A stretch of 63,203 nucleotides of DNA, counting the filler, from Octopus bimaculoides (Eukaryota): assembly GCF_001194135.2 (NCBI RefSeq). It is 5 parts of 5 records of this genome, joined end to end, with 100 filler letters (N's around TTAATTAATTAA, not from the genome) between each part and the next. Parts side by side here need not be neighbours in the genome. Positions count along the whole stretch, not along the records: positions 1 to 17,275 come from NC_069003.1; 4 more parts are not named here. The stretch is one strand, 5' to 3'. Position numbers and translations under genes: made by a program. Numbering within the stretch: position 1 is the first letter of the stretch; every line of letters starts with the position of its first letter. The notes below the pieces were generated by a model that was given only the letters and a program-made list of their open reading frames with translations, was not told the DNA's origin and searched no databases. Of this stretch, positions 1 to 12,321 are shown one piece after another.

Positions 1-10
1 CTGACATGGC

Positions 11-125
11 TACGTCACGTGACGGTTCACGTGACTAGTGGAAAGCAATCATTAATATGTATTTTATTGATTACTTTTGTTTGGTTCTATAGAGCCAAAT
101 TTCATTGGTTGGTTACCATGACAAC
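11..125. promoter_or_regulatory. Promoter-like motif cluster: CRE half-site, GTCACGTGAC (CLEAR/E-box), second TCACGTGAC, ATTGG (CCAAT), RFX X-box GTTACCATGACAAC
   Basis: Motifs read directly at 11-17, 14-23, 27-35, 104-108, 112-125. Confidence 0.5.
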
Positions 126-269
126 CGTGCTAAACTGTTGTTCAGTAAATTCTATGTTGGAATGAGAGAAAATGTCTGTGAGCAACATTTACATTCTTAA
201 ACCGAACTAAACGTTTTTTTTTTCCTTTTTACATCTGACAATAGATTTATTTCTATGGACTTCCTCTGC

Positions 270-519
270 TGTCGTGGTTGCTGCTGCTGTTGTTTTCGTT
301 GTTACTGTTGTTGCTGTTGTCGCTGCTGTGGTTGTTAATGCTGTCGCTGTTGATGATGATGTTCTTACAATTGTTGTTGTTGATGATGATGTGATTGTTG
401 TTGTTGTTGTTGTTGTTTTCCTTGTTGCTGCTGACGTGGTTGTAGTTGTGGTTGCTTCATTGGTTGCTGTTGCTGCGGCTGATGTTGCTGTTATTACTGT
501 TATTGTCATTATTGTAGTT

Positions 520-575
<56 letters not shown>

Positions 576-1010
576 TGTAGTAGTAGTAGTAGTTGTAGTA
601 GTAGTTGTTGTTGTTGTAGCGACGGTTCTTTCTGTTGTTCCTATAATAAGCTGTTGTTATTGATGTTGTCGTTGTTGTCACTACTGTTGCTATAGTTACT
701 GATATTGCTGCTGGTATTGTAGTTGATGTTATTGTTGTTGGCCTTATTACTTTTGTTGTTCCTTTCATTGCTGTTATTACTATTCTCATTGTATTTATTG
801 TTGTTATTATTGTTGTTATTATCTGTTACTTTGTTGTTGAATCAGTCATTATTATTAGTGTTACTATTTTAAAATATTATTGTTACAGTTATTGCTGTTG
901 TTGTTGTTGTTGCTGCTGCATGGTCTACTGGTGCTGTTATTTCTATTAATGTATTTTAGTTGTTATTGTTCCTGCTGCTGTTATTCACTATTCTTTGTCG
1001 CTGAATATGC
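270..1010. repeat. Low-complexity (GTT/GCT/GTA)n trinucleotide tract
   Basis: Pure (GTA)n at ~515-600 in a degenerate field. Confidence 0.95.
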
Positions 1011-1064
1011 TTTATTTCCTAGACACAATATCAAGGTAATCTATAGCTGTATGTAAAATATGTC

Positions 1065-1500
1065 ATGTCTCACTATGAGTCACAATGTAAATTTATTGCC
1101 GACAAAGTGCGAAAGGAACCGACATGGAGATACTGTAACATAGAATTATCGTCCAAGAAAGGAAAATGCTTAAAAAAAAAAAGAAAAAGCGTTCTTTACC
1201 AAGTGGGGATCTCCATTAAAAATTGGATTGGCAAAATATACTGTATTAACAGAACGCTCATTCATAAGAATTCTACGTCAACACAAAAGTTCATTATATC
1301 AGCTACACTTGAAAACACCACATTTTCGAAATATATTTGGTGATTAAGAGATAAAAGAAACCACAACTATTACTTGTATAACACTGAATAAAACGCCAGC
1401 ATTCACGAATTGATCGATGTATTGTGATCCTTGTCTTTTAGAGAAAATATTATTCACTAGCTACACCAGCCCTAAACAAATGTGATGAACGTTTTTCGAT
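1065..1500 (+). mobile_element. Decayed Penelope-like element, GIY-YIG endonuclease region
   Basis: Translates with stops/frameshifts as ...KGKCL...KSVLYQVGIS...HKNS...TFSKYIW*LRDK...CDPCLLEKIL..., the motif order of PLE GIY-YIG domains (GxCLxKxVxY, SKYIWxLK, CxLCLxEK). Confidence 0.65.
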
Positions 1501-1886
1501 AATGTCAACATTACTGGAGCAGATCTAGGCTTCGGTTTCCACTTTTTATTTCAAATCCAGCCATTATGAAAATTAATTTCAGCTTGATATCCTTAGGGAT
1601 ATTTTCTCGTTGGTTAATTTACTGAAGAATTTTAATGAGGAGTTAGCGGAGGGGTTAGCGATTATCTTAAACATAATTTACACATACTGATTCTAACCAC
1701 ATGTCTTAACGATTGTAACCGGTGTTTCATCAGTGTTGGTTCCATGTTTCGGCTGTTGAATTTTTCTACGACAGCATTGTTGGATATGTAGTCCTATTTT
1801 ATGCTCAAAATGGATTTTGCCCTTATCTCGACAAAAATCCATAATACACTTCATAGAGCACCTCACATTAATAGATAAAAGTATAC

Positions 1887-1917
<31 letters not shown>

Positions 1918-2835
1918 GACAGACAGACACACACACACATATTTGTAAAGGAAAGGCGAAAATAAAATGACTGCCAATTGGAAGCTCAAGTGTAAAAAAT
2001 AAAATACGTGGTAACAAGTAGAAAACTGTGACTAAGTAATGATCAGTTTTGAATTATAATAATTAGGAGCGGAAGAGTTATATTTAGTTTGTATAAACTA
2101 ACCATCTGGGGAGCTAGCTGCTGTTTTATTTTATTTTGCATGGGGCTGGTTTAATGGCGATTTGTTGCTTAAATTCAACGCACGTTCATACGTATGTATG
2201 GATGAGTGTATGTGTATGCTTGCAGTAAGCTACATACGTAAATACAGACACGCACACACGTACGCATGCACGCATGNNNNNNNNNNNNNNNNNNNNNNNN
2301 NNNNNNNNNNNNNNNNNNNNNNNNNNNNNNNNNNNNNNNNNNNNNNNNNNNNNNNNNNNNNNNNNNNNNNNNNNNNNNNNNNNNNNNNNNNNNNNNNNNN
2401 NNNNNNNNNNNNNNNNNNNNNNNNNNNNNNNNNNNNNNNNNNNNNNNNNNNNNNNNNNNNNNNNNNNNNNNNNNNNNNNNNNNNNNNNNNNNNNNNNNNN
2501 NNNNNNNNNNNNNNNNNNNNNNNNNNNNNNNNNNNNNNNNNNNNNNNNNNNNNNNNNNNNNNNNNNNNNNNNNNNNNNNNNNNNNNNNNNNNNNNNNNNN
2601 NNNNNNNNNNNNNNNNNNNNNNNNNNNNNNNNNNNNNNNNNNNNNNNNNNNNNNNNNNNNNNNNNNNNNNNNNNNNNNNNNNNNNNNNNNNNNNNNNNNN
2701 NNNNNNNNNNNNNNNNNNNNNNNNNNNNNNNNNNNNNNNNNNNNNNNNNNNNNNNNNNNNNNNNNNNNNNNNNNNNNNNNNNNNNNNNNNNNNNNNNNNN
2801 NNNNNNNNNNNNNNNNNNNNNNNNNNNNNNNNNNN

Positions 2836-2881
<46 letters not shown>

Positions 2882-3733
2882 TATGTGTATGTTATGAGTG
2901 CACATATGTGGACACAAACCTACATAAAAACATACACATACACAAACATATATTTGCGATAGTGTGAAGTATTTAAGCACACGTTTGCCATTAAAAAATA
3001 ACCTCACGCAAATCATAATCAAAGAAACCAACGGCGATGTTCCCAAGATGGTAAGATTATACAATCTAAATATAGCAGCCTGTTGCTAATTATTAAAATC
3101 AAATACTGAATATAAAAATTTAGTTGCATTAAAAAAAAAAAACTATCGTTGTTTTTCTTTCAAAAATTACACTCCATATTGTTGTCTTATTGTCATCTTT
3201 TATATCTTCTAAGAATGGATTTATGTGATTCGTTGCGGCTAGACATTTCTTTTTAAAGCTGATTATTAAGAGATTAAATATATTTTCTGGTGTGATCATG
3301 TTAATACGAATTAGATTCTGGTCTTGCCGTTGTCGTTGTTTGACTGTAAGTTATTCATGAACCCATGAAACCTATAACGAAATGTATCTCGACCATGACA
3401 TCTATAATAATAAACGCGAAATTCTGCCTGTCCTTCTGGTAACCCCTGTATCTCAGTCTACATTTGTTCTACATCGACATACTTTTTGGAATCAGGATGA
3501 TCCCTGGATTGAAAATTGACCCTTCATTTGGTTCTTGAACATCCAGCATTCGGATCAAGTCTACATTATTAAATACTATGTGTATAATAGATAAAAACAA
3601 ACTAACAGATAAGCGTCGAAATGTGCATTGTGCGATACAAGTAAGATGAATTTTTTCGAGCGCAGAATTGCCGTTAGAAGAGCAGAAATCCTGGGTAAAT
3701 TATACTTACAAAGCAAAAAAATTTGTCAACAAA

Positions 3734-3805
3734 CAGCCATGGGACTCGAGGCCACATCCTTCGAGACTCGGGCTGAGTGCTTTACAATTAAGCTAAACTG
3801 ATGGC
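3734..3805 (-). pseudogene. tRNA-like remnant / isolated SINE head
   Basis: Minus strand has A-box-like TTTAGCTTAATTGTAAAGCAC and B-box-like CCTCGAGTCCC with tRNA spacing, but no clean cloverleaf. Confidence 0.4.
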
Positions 3806-4108
3806 TGAGAAATTTATCCGCAAATTTAGACGCTAAATGGACAACAACGTGTATATAAATATTAACAATATGTTTTTGTATTATTAAATACGTTCTTCCT
3901 TCCTTCTCGTTAAAGATAGTAAGATACGATATGAGGGATATTAGGCTGTTATTTCTAGTAGATGGGGTGGCCGCAGAGAGGCTGTTTCATTGGATTCTTT
4001 CTGTTGTTGTTGTTGATGTTTGCTTGGCCAAGTTCCATATTTGTCCACTGTTTCGCTATAGTTCTCTCTTTCAGCGACCGAAGAGGAATTGATAATATTA
4101 CAACAGGC

Positions 4109-4170
<62 letters not shown>

Positions 4171-4171
<1 letters not shown>

Positions 4172-4703
4172 GGTATAAACACACGCCAGAAAAGGTCACA
4201 GAAAACGAGAAAGCAACCATACTCTGGGATATGCCAATACACACAGATAGAGAAATTAAGGCAAATAGACCAGATATAGTTGTCAAAGATCATGAAGGAA
4301 AAAAATGCCTTCTAATTGATGTTTCAATACCAGCAGATGACAACGTTTCTCTAAAAGAAATGGAAAAACTTTCAAAATACAAAGACCTGGAAATAGAGAT
4401 AACTCGAATGTGGAATCTAAAAACAGAAACAATTCCTATCATAGTAGGTGCCTTAGGTATAATAAAAAAATATTCAGACAAATACATAACAAAAACACCA
4501 GGACTTACAAATATATATAACATACAGAAAATTGCACTACTGGGTACTGCACACATTCTACGCAAAACACTTTCAATACAGTAAACATAAGAGCACCACA
4601 GCAAACCACAGCACATACCCAAGGCGCACAGAGCTGCGCTCGGTAGTGAAGTGAAAGCACGTTATAAAAATAAAACTACTGAATAATAATAATAATAATA
4701 ATA
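4171..4703 (+). mobile_element. 5'-truncated R4/Dong-like non-LTR retrotransposon (REL endonuclease end + 3' UTR)
   Basis: Open frame ...ATILWDMPIHTDREIKANRPDIVVKD...LIDVSIP...EKLSKYKDL...IPIIVGALG...QKIALLGTAHILRK (PD-(D/E)xK REL domain); 3' UTR ends in (AAT)n; 5' junction also in (AAT)n. Confidence 0.85.
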
Positions 4704-4899
4704 ACCATGATAATTACAAGAGTAACAGAAACCAAAACAAAACCAGGAACAACCAGAAATAGCTGAAACAACAAAAAGTAATACAACAGCAACAACAAAA
4801 ACAACAATAACAAGACGAACAAACAATATGGCGATAGGACATTACAGAATTATCGCCATCAGTATGATATTGGTGTGATGGTGTTACTGTTATGACGTC

Positions 4900-5540
4900 A
4901 GTGTCAAATTGTCATCATTATACATTCATTAACGGGGATTATCAGCATCACCGCCGCCAACGTCGTAGTCGTCATCATCATCATCATCATCATCATCATC
5001 GCCATCATCATTATCATTCATCATCAACATCATCATCATCATCATCATCAACATCATCATCATCATCATTCACCATCACCATCAGCATCATTATGCTAAT
5101 CATCATCGTCATTGTTTTCATCGTCGTCATCATTATCATCAACATCATCATCACCATCACCATCATCATTATCGTCGTCGTCGTCATTATCATCATCATC
5201 ATCATCATCATCCTCATCGTCATCATGATCATCGTCATCATCATCATCTCATCATCATCGTCATCATCCTAATCATCTTCTTCATCGCCACCATTGCAAC
5301 AACCATTAAGACTACCGCAGCCACCACCACCACCACCCCTNNNNNNNNNNCACCACCACCACTACCACCCCTACGCCCACCACCACCACCACCAACCATT
5401 CCTTCACTCCTTCCACAATCCGACGCCACTATTCCCTGTCACCTACACCCACTCACCATCACCATCACCATCACCATTTCCAGCACCACCAAGATTTCCA
5501 GCACCACCATTAACACTGTCAGTACCACCACAATCAACCG
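4900..5540. repeat. (CAT)n and (CAC)n trinucleotide tracts
   Basis: Direct reading. Confidence 0.95.
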
Positions 5541-5771
5541 GACCGCCACCCTGTCACCTCCCGTTGATCCATCGAGTCAATTATTCTGAAGTGTATTACG
5601 CAATATTTTAAAGCACATCTCATGTTTTATACATATGTGTCATTCCTACATACATGTATGCGTACATACAAACATTCAAAGATACATACATACATGCATG
5701 CATGTATGCACACACATACAGAAATATATGTATAAACATACATACATACATACATAAATATATATACATAC

Positions 5772-5834
<63 letters not shown>

Positions 5835-6721
5835 NNNNNNNNNNNNNNNNNNNNNNNNNNNNNNNNNNNNNNNNNNNNNNNNNNNNNNNNNNNNNNNNNN
5901 NNNNNNNNNNNNNNNNNNNNNNNNNNNNNNNNNNNNNNNNNNNNNNNNNNNNNNNNNNNNNNNNNNNNNNNNNNNNNNNNNNNNNNNNNNNNNNNNNNNN
6001 NNNNNNNNNNNNNNNNNNNNNNNNNNNNNNNNNNNNNNNNNNNNNNNNNNNNNNNNNNNNNNNNNNNNNNNNNNNNNNNNNNNNNNNNNNNNNNNNNNNN
6101 NNNNNNNNNNNNNNNNNNNNNNNNNNNNNNNNNNNNNNNNNNNNNNNNNNNNNNNNNNNNNNNNNNNNNNNNNNNNNNNNNNNNNNNNNNNNNNNNNNNN
6201 NNNNNNNNNNNNNNNNNNNNNNNNNNNNNNNNNNNNNNNNNNNNNNNNNNNNNNNNNNNNNNNNNNNNNNNNNNNNNNNNNNNNNNNNNNNNNNNNNNNN
6301 NNNNNNNNNNNNNNNNNNNNNNNNNNNNNNNNNNNNNNNNNNNNNNNNNNNNNNNNNNNNNNNNNNNNNNNNNNNNNNNNNNNNNNNNNNNNNNNNNNNN
6401 NNNNNNNNNNNNNNNNNNNNNNNNNNNNNNNNNNNNNNNNNNNNNNNNNNNNNNNNNNNNNNGGGGGGGGGAGGCCGGGCGGGAGGTTGGTTGGGTGCTC
6501 GTATGTACATTCCAATTGCCAACAGAAATCTATTACACAGCCGATAATTAACAATTTTATTTACACTCCACTGAATCCATTGATGGTTGTCTGCTATCAA
6601 TTTTTAACCTTTTCTCTTCCCTAATTCCATTGACTTCATTGTTCTTCTTGTAGCTATTGTTGTTCTTGCAAGTAGCATCAGCAGCAGCAGTATTAGTAGT
6701 ATTTGTTCTTGGTTATTGCAG

Positions 6722-6753
<32 letters not shown>

Positions 6754-7602
6754 GCTGCAAATGTTGAATTTGCTAATGCTTTCAACACCCTCTCCACCGC
6801 TCCTGCAAACCACCTGTACATTTTTTTTTTATTTATAGTTCCTTTCCCCCTTCCATCCCTCCACCCCAACACATTTCTTTCTCTCCATTCCTTCCTCCTC
6901 TCCTTTTTCTTTCTGTCTCTCGCTCTCTCTTCCACTCACTCCCACCACTTTTTTGTCCCATTCGTTTCTTTATCCAAGATGGCCTTCTCTACCCAATCAA
7001 AAACACAAAACTTCCAGTATTTAGCTGTGTACATATTTACATTTGAATTGTAGATGGACACTACTCATTATTCACCAGTCCCCCGTCTCCCTCGCCGACA
7101 TTATTTGCACTGAACAACAGTAAGTGGATACATTAATGAACAACTGGTTCCTAGGTTGATGCAGGTTCGAATCTCCGTCGCAATCAATCTGTCTTCGGAT
7201 TCTGTTTTTCGTTTTCCCTGTCATGTTTGATAAATTTCTTTCATCTTTTATCTTTTACTTATTTCTGTCATTAGACTGCGGCCATGCTGGGGCACCGATT
7301 GTTTACGTCATAAGAATTTACAGACTTTGAGAGACATGAAAGAAATCGCTTTTAATAGAGGAACGTGGAGCAGATAAATCTATATCAGTATGTAAATATT
7401 GGGCTAAAAAACCCCCACTGGATGGAAATGTCAAAGGTTGCCTGTGAGACTTGAGCACGACAGACGTTCTACTCTTGTACCAAAGCAATCATTTGAAGGT
7501 CTTCATCGAATTTAGAAGCTTTGTTCTTATCAGCTAATTTCTTACGACATAAACAAGGTACAATTCTCGCCGAGAGAAATGAGCAGATGCAGATTATAAA
7601 AA

Positions 7603-7848
7603 TTAGTTGGCACTCCGTCGCTTACGACGACAAAGGTTCCAGTTGATCCGATCAAGGGAACAGCCTGCTCATGAAATTAACGTGCAAGTGGCTGAGCACT
7701 CCACAGACACGTGTACCCTTAACGTAATTCTCGGGGAGATTCAGCGTGACACAGTGTGACAATGCTGGCCCTTTGAATTACAGGCACAACAGAAACAGGA
7801 AGTAAGAGTGAGAGAAAGTTGTGGTGGAAGAGTACAGCAGGGTTCGCC
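7603..7848 (-). mobile_element. SINE family D, 3' part, truncated by gap
   Basis: Near-identical to 43845-44090. Confidence 0.85.
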
Positions 7849-9469
7849 NNNNNNNNNNNNNNNNNNNNNNNNNNNNNNNNNNNNNNNNNNNNNNNNNNNN
7901 NNNNNNNNNNNNNNNNNNNNNNNNNNNNNNNNNNNNNNNNNNNNNNNNNNNNNNNNNNNNNNNNNNNNNNNNNNNNNNNNNNNNNNNNNNNNNNNNNNNN
8001 NNNNNNNNNNNNNNNNNNNNNNNNNNNNNNNNNNNNNNNNNNNNNNNNNNNNNNNNNNNNNNNNNNNNNNNNNNNNNNNNNNNNNNNNNNNNNNNNNNNN
8101 NNNNNNNNNNNNNNNNNNNNNNNNNNNNNNNNNNNNNNNNNNNNNNNNNNNNNNNNNNNNNNNNNNNNNNNNNNNNNNNNNNNNNNNNNNNNNNNNNNNN
8201 NNNNNNNNNNNNNNNNNNNNNNNNNNNNNNNNNNNNNNNNNNNNNNNNNNNNNNNNNNNNNNNNNNNNNNNNNNNNNNNNNNNNNNNNNNNNNNNNNNNN
8301 NNNNNNNNNNNNNNNNNNNNNNNNNNNNNNNNNNNNNNNNNNNNNNNNNNNNNNNNNNNNNNNNNNNNNNNNNNNNNNNNNNNNNNNNNNNNNNNNNNNN
8401 NNNNNNNNNNNNNNNNNNNNNNNNNNNNNNNNNNNNNNNNNNNNNNNNNNNNNNNNNNNNNNNNNNNNNNNNNNNNNNNNNNNNNNNNNNNNNNNNNNNN
8501 NNNNNNNNNNNNNNNNNNNNNNNNNNNNNNNNNNNNNNNNNNNNNNNNNNNNNNNNNNNNNNNNNNNNNNNNNNNNNNNNNNNNNNNNNNNNNNNNNNNN
8601 NNNNNNNNNNNNNNNNNNNNNNNNNNNNNNNNNNNNNNNNNNNNNNNNNNNNNNNNNNNNNNNNNNNNNNNNNNNNNNNNNNNNNNNNNNNNNNNNNNNN
8701 NNNNNNNNNNNNNNNNNNNNNNNNNNNNNNNNNNNNNNNNNNNNNNNNNNNNNNNNNNNNNNNNNNNNNNNNNNNNNNNNNNNNNNNNNNNNNNNNNNNN
8801 NNAAAAAAAAAAAAAAAAAAATTATGAAACCAAGAAACAAAACAGCAAGAGATGTGAAAAGGTATTTTAGAAATCAATTAAAATGATCGATATTTAAAAT
8901 AATGATTATTTTACAAAATATCGATTTTTAAAACGTAGACACAAATCCACATATTTTGGGAGAGAGAACAATCGATAAAATCGTCCTGAGTGTTTGATCT
9001 GTACTGATTTTGATTGATCCAACGGGATGGAAAACAAATTCGACTTCTATAGGATTTGAACTCCAGTATAATGATATCGATTACATAAAGCACTGATTAC
9101 ATAAAAATATCGTTTACGTAAAAGTAACAATGATATAGAACTATCGATTACTTAAATCTATCGGTTTTACGAAAATATCGATTATATAAAATTATCAATT
9201 TACTAAAAATATTGATTAGTCATGTATTCATTTATATATTTATTTATTTTTGTTACTTCTTCCATTCATTAGTCTGCTTCCGTAAAGGTCGTACCCTTGA
9301 CGGGTATTAGTTGGTCATATCGATCCTGGTATTGGTTTTTAAGTGTGCTACTTATCTTATCGATATGTATTTGATGCACCGCTAAGTTATGGAGCATAAA
9401 CACAAAGCATTACTTTTAAAGCGTTGCTAATGTAAAGACAGAGATGACAGTTACGCAATAGCACACACA

Positions 9470-9503
<34 letters not shown>

Positions 9504-10660
9504 TGATCACACACACACGTGCATACACACAAAAAACACATACACATATATATTCATAATGTATGTATACAAATACAAACAGCAGGCATGGAAAGGGTTT
9601 GCTTCCAAACCACATAGTTCTGAGTTCAGCCCCACTTCGTGACACCTTAGGCAAGTGTCTTTTACAATAGCCTCGAGCGGACCAAACATTGCCAGTGGAT
9701 CTAGTAGCATTTTGCTCGGCGTGCTAACGATTCTACCAGCTTGCCATCTTCGTTACACAGAATAATGAAAACTTAAGAATGGTGTTGCCATAGTGTGCAA
9801 ACCAGCTGGGAAAAGTTTTATCAAAATCGATTCACGGAAAAACAAGAAATCCTAAATTTCACTCCTAAGCAATTAGCGCGGTTTTGGGTGTATATATATA
9901 TGTATATATATATNNNNNNNNNNNNNNNNNNNNNNNNNNNNNNNNNNNNNNNNNNNNNNNNNNNNNNNNNNNNNNNNNNNNNNNNNNNNNNNNNNNNNNN
10001 NNNNNNNNNNNNNNNNNNNNNNNNNNNNNNNNNNNNNNNNNNNNNNNNNNNNNNNNNNNNNNNNNNNNNNNNNNNNNNNNNNNNNNNNNNNNNNNNNNNN
10101 NNNNNNNNNNNNNNNNNNNNNNNNNNNNNNNNNNNNNNNNNNNNNNNNNNNNNNNNNNNNNNNNNNNNNNNNNNNNNNNNNNNNNNNNNNNNNNNNNNNN
10201 NNNNNNNNNNNNNNNNNNNNNNNNNNNNNNNNNNNNNNNNNNNNNNNNNNNNNNNNNNNNNNNNNNNNNNNNNNNNNNNNNNNNNNNNNNNNNNNNNNNN
10301 NNNNNNNNNNNNNNNNNNNNNNNNNNNNNNNNNNNNNNNNNNNNNNNNNNNNNNNNNNNNNNNNNNNNNNNNNNNNNNNNNNNNNNNNNNNNNNNNNNNN
10401 NNNNNNNNNNNNNNNNNNNNNNNNNNNNNNNNNNNNNNNNNNNNNNNNNNNNNNNNNNNNNNNNNNNNNNNNNNNNNNNNNNNNNNNNNNNNNNNNNNNN
10501 NNNNNNNNNNNNNNGAATGGTGTTGCCATAGTGTGCAAACCAGCTGGGAAAAGTTTTATCAAAATCGATTCACGGAAAAACAAGAAATCCTAAATTTCAC
10601 TCCTAAGCAATTAGCGCGGTTTTGGGTGTATATATATAGATACACATATACATATTTTTT

Positions 10661-11019
10661 TACTTGTTTCAGTCATTTTGACTGCAGCCATGCTGGAGCA
10701 CCGCCTTTAGTCGAACAAATTGACCCCAGGACTTATTCTTTGTAAGCCTAGTACTTATTCTATCGAACCGCTAAGTTACGGGGACGTAAACACACCAGCA
10801 TCGGTTGTCAAGCAATGTTGGTGAGGACACACACACAAACATATATATATTTATACGACGGGCTTCTTTCAGTTTCCGTCTACCAAATCCATTCATAAGA
10901 CTTTGGTCGGCCCGAGGCTATAATAGAAGACACTTGTCCAAGGTGCCACGCAGTGGGACTGAACCCGGGACCATGTGGTTGGTAAGCAAGCTACTTACCA
11001 CACAGCCACTCTTGCGCCT
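10661..11019 (-). mobile_element. tRNA-derived SINE family A, full length
   Basis: Head GGCGCAAGAGTGGCTGTGTGGTAAG (A box), GGTTCAGTCCC (B box), CCTTGGACAAGTGTCTT body, internal CA/TA microsatellite, tail GACTGAAACAAGTAAAA; about 20 related copies in window. Confidence 0.9.
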
Positions 11020-11423
11020 ATAGTGCATCTTTGTGTCAGTGTTTATAAATTGCATAAATTTCTATTGAATGATAGAATGTGTAACTACGTACACAACAAC
11101 ACTCAAACTTATATACATGCGTACATGAATGCATGCATGCATTTATACATACATACATACATACATACATATACACACACAGACACACGTGATGTGTTTG
11201 AGCAGCTGTAGTCTATTGAATTGAATATACTAATTATTTCCTGCAGACGAACGATAGGATAAAATGCAATGCCGAAGATGACTGACAGGATTGAACTCAG
11301 TCATTAGTCAAGGAAATTAATTAATGTTCACAGCGTTACCATCTGTACCACCCACACAAACCTGATAATGGTGTTACAATAGTGTTGGTGTCCATATTAA
11401 CAGAAGTGCCACCAGTAGTGAAC

Positions 11424-11858
11424 GTGTTGATGTGAATACTATAACAGTGTTGTTACCAGTACTACAACAGTGTTGATGTGAATACTATAACAGTGTTGTT
11501 ACCAGTACTAAAACAGTGTTGTGAATACTATAACAGTGTTGTTACCAGTACTACAACAGTGTTGATGTGAATACTACAACAGTGTTGGTGTGAATACTAC
11601 AATAGTGTTGATGTGAATACTACAACAGTGTTGGTGTGAATACTACAGTAGTGTTGGTGTGAATACTACAATAGTGTTGGTGTGAATACTACAACAGTGT
11701 TGGTGTGAATACTACAACAGTGTTGGTGTGAATACTACAACAGTGTTGGTGTGAATACTACAATAGTGTTGGTGTGGATACTACAATAGTGTTGGTGTGA
11801 ATACTACAACAGTGTTGTTGTGAATACTACAACAGTGTTGGTGTGAATACTACAACAC
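11424..11858. repeat. 23-bp minisatellite (GTGAATACTACAACAGTGTTGGT), about 19 units
   Basis: Direct reading; head-to-tail with no spacers. Confidence 0.95.
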
Positions 11859-12272
11859 CGTTGCAGTATCGGTACTAAATCAGTGTCGGAAACTGCAGTA
11901 TTGAAGCAGTGTGCACCAGTTAATGTAAATCTGAGGTCATAGAGAAATTGTCCCGCTTTTGCCAAAATATACGCCCTATTGTCTAAAAGTACAGCATTGC
12001 ATAAATCGCAGTCATACATTTTGTTATTGCTTTTGTTGTTGTTGAACTTATTGTTACTGTAGTTGTTGTTGTTGTTATCTTTGTTGTTGTTTGTTGTTGT
12101 TATTCTTCTTGCTGGTGTTGTAGCCGCTGTTAATGTCGGTGTTTGTTTAAATACTGCATTAATTCTGTAAACTTGGCCGTCCTCATTAAGAAAACCTTTC
12201 ACAACAATCAGACCACTCAATACAACAATAGCGCTGCCAACCCACCACCGACCTATCACCAGCAGAAGCAGC

Positions 12273-12321
<49 letters not shown>

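Noticed and set aside
3380-3560. Possible PLE reverse-transcriptase remnant on minus strand (QGS, YYR..DTF-like words)
   Set aside because: Only two short words across frameshifts; not supportable by eye.
3734-3805. Functional tRNA gene (also tRNA-like stretches at 7120-7190, 29480-29545 and SINE heads)
   Set aside because: Degenerate boxes and no complete cloverleaf; SINE-derived.
6463-6495. G-quadruplex-like G-rich run
   Set aside because: Directly abuts a gap, so base calls and context are unreliable.
9777-10645. ~125-bp direct duplication either side of the 9914-10514 gap (9777-9900 = 10515-10638)
   Set aside because: Identical sequence at both contig ends next to (TA)n is the typical overlap artefact; a real tandem duplication cannot be excluded without reads.
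11424-11858. CRISPR-like array
   Set aside because: No unique spacers, no cas genes, eukaryotic context; it is a plain minisatellite.
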